Assembly (NCBI GenBank): GCA_965637545.1
Contig: OZ281494.1
Coordinates: 1,054,001 to 1,118,000, forward strand
Source of the DNA: Phallusia mammillata
Taxonomy: Eukaryota
Direction: 5' to 3'
DNA: 64,000 nt
The notes beneath the pieces were generated by a model. It did not search any database. It was not told where the DNA came from and saw only the letters and a list, made by a program, of their open reading frames with translations. Of this stretch, positions 1-10,400 are shown one piece after another. Position 1 is the first letter of the stretch. Every line of letters begins with the position of its first letter. Made by a program: the position numbers and the translations under genes.

Positions 1-32
1 CCTATGTGCTTCTGCAAACCGATCCTCTAACG

Positions 33-810
33 CAGTGGTTCCCAACCTATGGGTCGCGACCCAAAGTTGGGTCGCCTGAACATTCTGTTGGGTCGCTTGT
101 TTTAGTGACAATTACAGCATCTACTTTTTGACGCCTCGTAGCATTACTTTTATATTACCCAGGGCTTCAAATTGTTGCCCAATAATAACTTCATCACAAC
201 TTGTCGTGATAATGGTTAAAACTGTTTGTGACGTCATAAAGTGATGTGTTAGCTCACAGTAGAGCGTTGTCTGGCTAATAATGCCTCGATTCAGCTCCAA
301 GTTCGAAATAAATGGTCGTAAAAAACAATAGCGTTTGTTCGTTATAAGCAGGGTTGTCATCGACTTGAAACCAAAAATAAGGACAACCGAAAAATTAAAT
401 TTTTATGCGAAATAAAACAAACGTTTTTGAACAAACGCCGTGACATATCATATGCAATATTTTGGCAGAAACGATCTGTTCCAGCCACTCCTTGTTCGTA
501 AAAAATACTTCGTGCATCTCGCAACAGCTCAGATCTAGGTTTACTTTTACTTGTAGCAGGGATTTGACCAGTAATTGTTGAAAATAAGACAAAAGAAGGA
601 CTCAAGTCAAAAATAAGGACATTTCTTAGAAATAAGGACAATGAACTTTTCTAAGACATAGCCCTTCAAAATAAGGACAAATCTTAGAAATAAGGACGGT
701 ATGGCAACCCTGGTTATAAGGTTATTGATTTGCTAGCGTAGTAATTTTCAAAAAGCTTTCCTAACTTACAGACAAAAATGCAGCTAAAGTAGCATGTCCA
801 TGGGTCGCGA
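33..810. mobile_element. Charlie/Buster-type hAT non-autonomous element (left end clear, right end eroded), interrupted by a nested MITE
   Basis: Begins CAGTGGTTCCCAACCT at 33, a typical Charlie-family terminus, followed by repeated GGGTCGC subterminal motifs (50-96, again ~800). No matching right TIR seen. Confidence 0.5.
349..712. mobile_element. hAT MITE with 12-bp TIRs and perfect 8-bp TSD
   Basis: TIRs CAGGGTTGTCAT (349-360) and ATGGCAACCCTG (701-712, one mismatch). GTTATAAG at 341-348 and 713-720. AAATAAGGAC subterminal motif repeated about 5 times. Confidence 0.9.
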
Positions 811-1323
811 GAAATAATAACATTGTCAACCAATAGTTTAATATACTCTGAGATACCGCATTAATTCAGAACCGAACAGGTGTGGCGCCACACTCTCGGC
901 ACCCTACTATGTTTCTTGCTTAATCTTATCAACGCCAAGTGTGATTATACCACATTTTCCATTTCAGGCCCTAGTATGGCGAAACCATGTAAGACCCATA
1001 GAAACAAATATGGCGTATGCTATGTTAAGTATCGGCCGATCCTGGCATAAACAATAGATAAACCAGTGTTAGTCGAGCCCGGGCATTAGGTGTAGAAAAT
1101 GTTTGACTGGGCATCCCCAACGAACTTTGAGCAAACAATTGTATTATTTGTGTTTTCAACAACATGTACATATCGCAATTTTATCGCATGGCTTTGTTAG
1201 TTTTTGTTCGTCCAATTACTTAATCTAGTTGTACAAACATTATTCGATGAATGAACTCTCCCCAACGCGCTTGGTCGATCCAATTTGAGGGTCCTGGCAA
1301 TACAAACCAAGGAAATTAAGCCA

Positions 1324-1548
1324 ACGATTTCCGAGCGCACAGTGACATCAGTTTTGACTACGTCAAGCCCTTTGAGGGGCCTGACAAACACGATTGCCGA
1401 GCGCACAGTGACATCAGTTTTGACTACGTCAAGCCCTTTGAAGGGCCTGACAAACACGATTGCCGAGCGCACAGTGACGTCAGTTTTGACTACGTCAAGC
1501 CCTTTGAGGGGCCTGACAAACACAATTGGCGAGCGCACAGTGACGTCA
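1324..1548. repeat. 66-bp minisatellite, about 3.4 units
   Basis: GAGCGCACAGTGAC recurs at 1333, 1399, 1465 and 1531 (period 66) with few substitutions. Confidence 0.95.
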
Positions 1549-1744
1549 CAGAACGACCTGCAGGTTCCCATACAAGTGCCCTCAATAGCAATGCAATTCA
1601 GGAAACAATTTCCGCAAGCGCGGACAATGGTGAAATATAGCACACCACAAACGTAAAGATTATACCATCTTGGTGTAAGGATATTTGCCCTCTAGGGTTA
1701 TATCATTCTGGTTAAACAAACATAGAGTTATAAAAAAAAAATCA

Positions 1745-1996
1745 TTTAGGTTATAGTTACGGTTATTCAATCATCTATAGGGTTAGGGTTATTATCGTCA
1801 AAACTTAGGGTTATAGGGTTAGCGTCTCAACTCAGGGTTAGGGTTAGCATCAAAACTAAGGGTTATTAGCTCCTAAACTTAGGGTTAGCTCCTAAACTTA
1901 GGGTTAGCTCCTAAACTTAGGGTTAGCTTCTAAACTGAGGGTTAAGGTTAACGTTTAAACCTAGGGTTAGGGTTAACGTCTAAACCTAGGGTTAGA
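1745..1996 (+). repeat. Degenerate telomere-like (TTAGGG) tract including a 19-bp higher-order unit CTCCTAAACTTAGGGTTAG
   Basis: Many TTAGGG/TTAGGGTTAG words separated by spacers. The 19-mer repeats 3-4 times at ~1870-1940. Followed by CCGGAAG twice at 1997-2017. Confidence 0.85.
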
Positions 1997-2699
1997 CCGG
2001 AAGCAATACCGGAAGTAATTGTGCATACTTGGTGGGTCAAAGCCACAATATATACTACTCATACGTCTTTTGTAAACCGACCCTGCGATAAATTTCGTGC
2101 TGTCAAGGTTTTTTGCTGTGGTTTTACTGTAAGTGAGAAACTTAATAACTAAAAGCTTAACAATGCAATAACACCATGTCTACTAACCTCTGTGTTTAAA
2201 CATTGCTTACTTAGTCTGACTTTCCTTTAAGGCTGCAACTATATTTCCAGGTTCCAGTGCGACTACAACAAAGCGTAATAGTTAAACAATAGCAATACAG
2301 CTATTTACTGCCACCATACGTTAAAAGCATCGTCAAACAACACCAGAAAGTTAATCAGTTAGTAACGTACAACATTAACACAGTTTCAGAAAACAAAAAT
2401 ACCTAAACTAGCTGAAATGACTACTGCAGTTAGTAAACTTGACGCGTATATGTGAACATGAGTATAAGAATATGTCAGAATCAACCACAGAATTTTCGCT
2501 AGCTAAAATAAACATGTAAAATTTAACTGCTTAATTACTTCAGTATGTTCAAAGTAACAGGCAAAAAAAATCTATGTCACCAGTTTTGTTCAATGCCACA
2601 ACTGGGCCTGAACCGCAGAGAAAACTCAAATAAAACAATCCCGAGAAGGATAGAAGACATGACTTTAGATATAAAAGATCAAGTTATAGAGGAGATTAA

Positions 2700-2985
2700 G
2701 TCTGCTACATTTGGCTAATTTTCGATTCTACTGGATGAATCTACTGATGTGGCATCGTGTTCCCAGTTGATGGTATTTGATAAGTAAGCCCATTCAAACG
2801 TATTTAAAGCGAAGCTTCTTTTTTGTTCCTGTCTCGAAACAACTACGAAGGCTGTTGACGTATTTGAAAAGTTTCTTCTTTTTTTAAATCCGAAGATATT
2901 TTGTGGAAAAACTTATGTGGGTGTGGCACAGACGGAGCCCCAGCTATGTTAGGAAGTAAATCAGGATTTCAAGCTCATAGATTCC
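2700..2985 (+). pseudogene. hAT (Buster/Charlie, ZBED5/FAM200-like) transposase fragment, decayed
   Basis: Translates as FSILLDESTDVASCSQLMVF (from 2719) and LCGCGTDGAPAMLGSKSGFQA (~2912-2975), the first two catalytic Asp motifs, with stops and frameshifts between. Confidence 0.85.
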
Positions 2986-3157
2986 ATCCTGCAAATATTT
3001 GTAAGTGATATCCAAGACATGAAACGAAAAAGAGTTTGTATCATCGTTACGAAGTAAAAAACCTGACAAACCTAAACCATAAAGAGTAGAAAAAGGGTTT
3101 GGCTACAATATATTATTGTGATCCAACAAACGTTACTGAGGTAAGTGGAACTCCAAC

Positions 3158-4022
3158 CGTTCCAATTTCCTTTGTTGTCTAGCCCTTTACAATTGCTTCC
3201 AATGGTCACATTCCACTTTTCCATTCCGCAGTTTTTCGAAGTCTCGCAGACGTAAATTGGTTCCATCGCGTTTTCAAAATTCCTAATCAATATAAGTCGG
3301 TCTAATTAATAGTGACAAGTTTGTAATTAACTGTTTTTCACTTTTTGTACAAGTCGAAATACCATAGATGTCCAAGGCATTTTGTACTTTTCCAAAAATC
3401 CACTTCAGCCGATTTATTTGAGTGTTTGCATCGTTCATATGTGACGGGGTCATAAAAAATATAAACCCGCTGCAAATCTGAAACAACGGTTTGTTACATG
3501 CAGTTAATTTACACCAGTAGTTTTTTTCTATCCAGTTTATTTTCATTTATTTATATAAGGGTTGTTTTAAAAATATCACAGTTTTTACCAACTTGTTCTG
3601 TATTTGTTTGTCATTTGTTGAGCGGGAGTTGTGTTGATCTGTGGGTCAGCAGGCATTGCAAGATTTCCACCCAGCAAAGAACATTTTTCCTGTGCAGTGT
3701 TTGCATCCACATTATCGTCAGATAATATCAACACAATGTCCTTCACTGCTTGAAAAGTGTTGTTGCAACGTAGGTAATAACTTATAGTTAACTTCAAATA
3801 TTTCGCCAAACAAGTCTTCTATCGCATTTAACACGCATTGACACACAACTTTTAGTTCAAATGTAGAACTGAATAAGCTCACCTAGGATATAAACCAAAC
3901 AAACAAACAAGCGGACAATAACACTTCTAATAGTAGCAGAGAAACTTACATTTAGTTTGTGCGGTCATAAGATGAACCATCATGGAAATAACCACAATCT
4001 TGCTGATACAAGCCACAATCAT
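3158..4022 (-). pseudogene. Copy A: 5' fragment of CTLD-FN3 receptor (signal peptide + CTLD exons 2-4); downstream exons absent from window
   Basis: Exon 3950-4022 [24 protein letters not shown]. Exon 3593-3769 ...[18 protein letters not shown]. Exon ~3343-3475. Exon 3158-~3282 EPIYVCE...WNVTIGSNC...GNWN. The exon-2 acceptor reads AC instead of AG (3771-3770). No exon-5 homologue in 1-3157. Confidence 0.7.
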
Positions 4023-4859
4023 CACGTTTGGTTTGTCACAATAAACAAATATGGTCAGTTTTTTCTTTACTTGTCGTTACCATAAACTTTTAAACGCACA
4101 GTTGTATATGCATACGTGTTGTCATTAGCTGCACCGACGAGACCTTATCTGTCTGCAGCTTTCAACTGCAAACGTTTTAAATTGTATTATTCATAGTTGC
4201 ACTAAATCGTATTGTTTTTCTTCTCAATCACAATTGTTTTTCAGCTGTACCAGGCCTTTACTGTAGCCTACTTAAGCGTTATGACTAATGTAAGTCCATC
4301 TACAATAATACCACGCTGTATTGGATAAATGTTTTCCAGACAATGTGCTGTACAAAGCAATATATATAACACATTTACGCGAATCAACTTTTCCATGCTT
4401 CCAGTGTTAACCTTACAACAAGTATGACTACACACTGTACGTCAACTCAACCGACATCTGCGCAAGGTGCTGATTTGTCACATCTTGTAATAACAATCAG
4501 TTTCCTGTGTGTGTTGAAAGGAACACCGTCTCTAAAAGAAAGAGAGCAGATTGGGAAAGCATATCACAACGCTGCCTGTATCAAATGCATTCATTGCTTT
4601 GATTTTCCCAGAACATTTTGTCCTCTATACACTGTCTGACAAAAATAAAAATTCCATTTTAATGACTAATTTTAATGACTTCGCGTGTCAATACTTTTGT
4701 TGTGTAGTTAAGGAACTGATATAAACAGTATGTAAGGATTTACGATTTTAGTTTGTCACTTGTATTCGAAAAAAATTGTGATGCGAACGCATGAAAGAAA
4801 CCAACGAAACTTGCACGAACACAATCACTTTCTAATGTTACCCTTGTCTTTTGGAGACT

Positions 4860-6560
4860 TTGAGACACATGCGTCAGAATGGTCGACTGAAAGACCGCTG
4901 CAGTGCGGACATATAGGGTGAACTTAATGTGGAGAAATGCTTGCTCGCATAAACAATCGATCTAATAGCAGAAAGAAGAGCTTTCATGACTCTTTTCAAA
5001 CAGCTAAATTTATCTGGCAAGGATTCCCAACATTTTAAAAAAGGGTTTCAGATGTCTTTCCACTCGATTCTAACAACTTACGCAAATCGACACAGTAAAA
5101 AGTTGCATTAAAATCAATCAATCGCATTTAAAAGTTATTGATCTCCATCCATTCAAATGCAGATAAATCCAAATCGTCGCTGCTCTCTGGCTTAATAAAA
5201 AGGAAAACATTGGACCAAAATGTTTAAAATCCTGGAATCGATCGCAAAATTGAGACGTTAGCTCTGCATATACCCTTCAATTTCGACAGTGTCAAGTACA
5301 TGGTTGAATGAGTATTGCTGCAGGTGTTTAAAATAACGAAAAGTGACAGTTTGTATATCTCGTGAGTAGACATTTAATTTGGCTCCAAAGCTTTTCGTTT
5401 TCTAATTCAAGATAAGCCTCACCCTTACCTCGCAAAAAAATGTGATCTCGGCCAGGCATTCGACAAATCTTAACAGAACCTTACTACAACTAGTCATCTT
5501 ACATTGCAGTGCAGTTCGAGGCACATCTTGACAGCCACATTCGATATCTTGAAAAACTGAATTCGAAATCTTTGCACACAGATTTTCCTGGTGAACAATG
5601 CAATGAATCTTCATTACAAGGTGTTCAATTAAAATCAATTTTTTTAAAGCATGGGGAAAGGTATTTAATATATCCCTTCCTTTAGTAGTACAAGGCATTG
5701 GTTTCAAACGACATAGCTCATCATGTACCTTGACATTACAACAGCACCCACAATTGCAAGATGTAAAATGTCGTTTATATCCACACTTAGCCATACAAAA
5801 ACAACCGCATCTTTCAATGCAACAATCTGTGGCCATTTGTACTGTCCTGGCAGAAACAGACTTATTCCAAATCCTCGAAATAATGGGTTTTTGTTTGGTA
5901 AAACATCAAACACTATACAGGTGGTATATGTGAGAGTAATGCCAGTGGTTGCCGAGCCCTTCGTAAAATGTTTGATAAGTAAAGTCAATCTGGCCTTCTT
6001 ACAATGCACATAACTTTTTCCAACACGAATTATGTAAGTTTTGCTTTGCTTTAATCATATTCGTTGAAGATGAGAAACTGTTCTGCCTGCTGGAAGTTAT
6101 AAGCAAGATCAAAATTGGGGCACGAAATTTTAAGAAGATAATTTTTTTTACAATTGACATTTTATTTATTTGTGAGATTTAGAACATTTTTGCATCATAC
6201 GAAACATGTTTTGAAATTTCAAGAGAAGCATGTACCTCCTCTTGCCCCTATACGTTGCTATGAAATTGGCGCAAAGTTGTGTTGTGCAGAGAATTTTTTG
6301 TGTTTTTAACCAGTTGCTTGCACTTTTTAGTTTCTCTGTTTTGAAAGTAACTGGATTGTGGGATTTCCTTTCTTTGTTATCAAAAAATCCAAAAGTTGCA
6401 AAAAATGATTAAAAATTGTAAAGTTGCAAAACAATGATAAATTGATTAAAAGAAATGTTTTTTTACGCACTAGCGACGTTGCTACCACCTGTACTAAACC
6501 GACACATGACAGGTGCAAAATCCCAGCATTGGTTTTGGAACAAGTTGGATATTTTTTGTG
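4860..6560 (-). pseudogene. hAT SPIN/GTF2IRD2-like transposase fossil
   Basis: Frameshifted pieces SVDINDILHLAIV, VHDELCRLKPMPCTTKGRDI, IHCIVHQENLCAK (CxxH motif), ELTSQFCDRFQDF (~5250), LCEQAF (~4945, dimerisation domain). N-terminal NAG-like segment at ~6530. Confidence 0.85.
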
Positions 6561-7030
6561 CAAATTCAGAAAAAGAACAAAGACTTTATTTCGTCGCAAT
6601 AACTTGTGTTGGCAAAATAGGCATTGGAAAATAACGTGGAAATATAGGCGAAAATCATAAACCTCCACAGCTACGAAGCACTTATAGCGCAAAAAAAGTT
6701 CCATTGTTAAATATAGTTACATTGACTATTACAAACATACACAACGTATTTCATTGCTTACAACAATTATTACATAAACATATCACACAGTACCGACAAA
6801 CATCGGATAAATATGCAACATAATTTCACTAACAATTAAGCCTGATTCGGGCCTCGTCAAAAATAGGTTTGGCCCGGAATTCGGATAAGTACTTTGTGGT
6901 TTGGGTTTTTAGATCTCAGCTTCGGGTTTGCTTGCAGCATTTGAATTTATTACAGAAGTTGTTACTCAGGAACGAAAAGTTGAACGAATAACTGTTACTA
7001 AAGAGCGTACACAGATGCCGACAAAAAAAA

Positions 7031-7336
7031 GATGCTGTACAGGCGTTTTCGTCCACCAGGTTGCATATTTAACAAAAATGTCGTTCAACTGGTGTAATGG
7101 TAAACAAAAATACTAGTTGTTTCTGACCATAACTTGTATTTTCGCTAACGTTTCGCCCACCAGATCGGTAGGGCTTCATCAGATCGGTAGGGCTTCATGT
7201 TCATCAGTCACTCATTGCTCTGATGAAGCCCTACCGATCTGGTGGGCGAAACGTCAGCGAAAATACAAGTTATGGACAGAAACAACTAGTATTTTTGTGT
7301 AACATTACACCAGTTGAACGACATTTTTGTTAAAAA
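7031..7336. mobile_element. Penelope-like element (PLE) terminal remnant, inverted pair with ~115-bp arms and ~17-bp target duplication
   Basis: Arms ~7068-7182 and ~7219-7334 are reverse complements. AGATGCCGACAAAAAAA is directly repeated at 7013-7029 and 7337-7353. Contains CTGATGA...GAAAC hammerhead core. Confidence 0.75.
7216..7259 (+). ncRNA. Minimal type I hammerhead ribozyme motif (PLE-associated)
   Basis: TGCT-CTGATGA-A-GCCC TACC GATCT GGT GGGC-GAAA-CG-TC/AGCG: full core, stem II, palindromic ACGT stem III, GUC cleavage triplet, 4-bp stem I. Confidence 0.75.
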
Positions 7337-7490
7337 AGATGCCGACAAAAAAAGACGATGACAAAAATTACTGTCGGTAAAGTGCAGGAAATAATTTGCA
7401 AATAGTGTTGGACAGCAGTTGCGTGAGTGCAATTAAACCCGTTGGAAATTTATAATTCTTTTCAAAATTTGATTCGCTTTGGTGCTTAGT

Positions 7491-10400
7491 TTACTTGAAG
7501 TTTGAATAAGTGTCAAAATCGGACAGATATTGCATGACGACCGAGTAGCAGTATTTGTAGAGTTCCTGTAAAACCAGAACATTTAAAAATAAACACAGAA
7601 TTTGGTCTTGCTTGTTCAGAAGTCAGCAATATGAGACCAACTTCAGTATTCCTATTTTGTTAATTACATATACATCACCTTGTTGTCGACCATATTCGGT
7701 CTCATATCTCTCAGGTCTTTCACAGTTCGGAATACATCCACCCGCTTTTGTGCCTTCAAACTTTCGAGAATGTTTACCAGAGCGATGAAGGTCCCAGTTC
7801 TCGTTGATCCGTTACTGTAAATAAAGAAAGTTGATTGGATCCGGTTATTTTGAGAGTTCACATCAGACAAAACGCCTTTAGAAAAAAAAACGTTTCTGGA
7901 TAATGTCATACGTGTCTAAATTGATGTTGTTTGCAGGACTTTGTAATTTCGGGCATAAAGCAGTTTGACAATGATAAAGTCGTTTACTTAACCGAAATTA
8001 AATCTACTTTTCAGGTAGTTTGGTTTTAGAATTGATGCTGATATGCAGAAATAAATTACAATAGCAACTGCTTAATGAGGAAAACTAATTTGTTCGTTAC
8101 CTGCATCCCACCAACACACACTTGCAATTCTGTTTGGTCTTGAGTCGTTGCATTTCCTCGATAAGTTTGATGAAATCCATTTCTTTCGGAGGTCGTTCCA
8201 CGTCACTCCATACCTTGACTTGCAGAAGCATCAGTTGGTGGGCTGCCTAAAAGTACGGAATACAGAGTTTCAATCAGCATTGCTACCTAATACGGTATTT
8301 ACAGAGAGATTGTCGTATTTTACAACAAAACATAACAATTGGGTTGCTTACAAAAGCGTTGGTTGCAGACCAGACGTCGACAGTCATCAGATTTTGTTTG
8401 CTTTTATTTACGTCACATACAGAAACCGAAATGTCTTCATATTGTAAAGTTGCATCGATTGGAATCTGAAAACGATGTATGGTATATAATATAGAGTACG
8501 GCTATTATAGGAAAGTGCGAAACGTCAAATTTACTTGAATGCTGTCGTCCAAATCAACGACGAGTGAAGCTCCTCTCTCCACGATCATCTTCCAGAAGTT
8601 TTCTTCTTCTCCTGGAGCAGGATTTCTTGCTGCGATAAAAAATTCCGAAGAGCCATGTTCCTGCATGTTTATAAAGCAAAGAAATAGCATTTTTTTGAAA
8701 AGTTAACCGTATTGTATGTGAGAAAATGCATGTTAACGAGAAAATACATGTTAACTACCGTATTAAAAATAAGTAAGACACTTCGCGTAAAAGAGCTTGA
8801 ACCAATGTGAAAGCAAATTTTATTCTCGCCTGAATATATGAAGCATCCAACTGTTGAATGCTTTGGCTTTTATTGTCCCAAAGTTTGACCACCGTGTTCC
8901 TGTCTGTAAAATAAAGTTGGATGTAATTTGTTACCGGGTGAAATAATTTCAGTCACCTTTAAATATATTTATTCCGTATTTTTGCACTCGTAAAACGTTT
9001 GTTACTTAAAACACTGGGTTGCGTATCACTTGCTACACTGGTGCAAAATAAGGACGCCAGGTGGTACGCGGTGACGACGCGTAGCCTCAAAGTGGTACGC
9101 GACCACAGAAAGGTTAGGAATCACTGATCTACATATACATAAGCTTACATGTTCTCAGCTGTGGGTGATTTTCTTGCCATTCCTCGCCAAATCTCCACGA
9201 TGACAATACTTCAAATTCTTGTTCTTGCATTTTCTGGCTGTAACACAAGTTAAATACTGGGGTAACGTGTGAATTACAACAACAGCTCTTTTACGGTCTT
9301 GAATGACAGTCAAATTGCTGCAGTAGAAAAAAAAACCTTTTTAACGTTAAAAAAATAGAAAATGTGAATTGTGAACAGCAACACCAATTATGACGTACTA
9401 GCTTGTATAGATTTGGATCGAGTTAATGTACTACAACTGCTCACATTTCACTTGAAGTCATCGACTGTAGTTCGGTCACATCTTTATCTGTTTCCATTAA
9501 ACTCTCGCGCTCCATAAGTAGTTTGTAGACGTACATGTATTGATTCTGTAGAAAAACAGAATTAGTAAAAAAGATGTGATTAATTCGTTGCTAGACTTGG
9601 TCACAACATACACCCTCCACTAGAGAACCAAACGTGGATTGTAATTGAAAACCTATTTTTCTATTTGTTATTCGAGTCAGAATTTGTGCAACAACAGTTT
9701 ACCGCATTTTGAATCATGTCAATTCGATTCTCTCTCATTCTTAACACAGTTCGTGGCACATCAACTGTCCCTTTGTCGTCAAGTTCATGAAACAAAGAGT
9801 CCATCGCTATGTAAGTACCTGTGCGTCCCACTCCAGCACTGCATACAAACATATGCTTCATTTGAGTGATCAAATAAACATAGGGTTTGTCACGTCTTTA
9901 CCTGCAGTGCACGATGATTGGAGCATTTGCGTTTTGCAAATCATCGACCATGTTACGTAGGTGGATCATGTTGGATGTAGTTACTGGAATCCCATGATCG
10001 GGCCAAGTTGTAAACTGCAGCTGTGTTATGGTTCGTTGCTCCTAGAAAATGTAACAAGACTGTTGTGTGGAAAAAAATATTACAGTTTAATTTCGAATTT
10101 TAAACAGTAGTTATTGCAACATTGTTTTGTAATTTCTTCTGCGAAGAAACAAATTTGAATGCAACAAAAGGAAGGTTTAACCTGCAGTAAAAATTGAAAT
10201 TAAAATCAAGTATTGACGAAGTTACAAGTCATTATGCATTTAAAGTGTACATATAGAAGCCAAAATTGCCCAAACCCTTTGTTTGTTTTGTAGTTCACTC
10301 ACTGTTGTGGTGGATATGACAAACTGTCGTTGAACGATTCCACCGATGGTTGTTTCAAGTTGTGTTCGAACTGTGAAGTTTGGCAACAATTTCTTTTGAG

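Noticed and set aside
1324-1548. CRISPR-like array
   Set aside because: Units are contiguous with no unique spacers; the context is eukaryotic with no cas genes.
1197-1656. Overlapping 148-aa and 123-aa ORFs (mucin-like S/T repeats)
   Set aside because: Both are by-products of a stop-free 66-bp minisatellite; there is no splice or domain context.
1745-1996. True chromosome-end telomere
   Set aside because: Perfect TTAGGG runs are only 2-3 units, and ordinary sequence continues on both sides.
3283-3546. ORF-track frame ICSGFIFF...WIFGKVQN (also 14619-14825) that looks lectin-like
   Set aside because: Wrong frame. Intron phases of the flanking exons and openness in all copies support DLQRVYIFY...WYFDLYK.
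9040-9126. Charlie-like right end AAGGTTAGGAATCACTG
   Set aside because: No matching left TIR or TSD found; too fragmentary to delimit.
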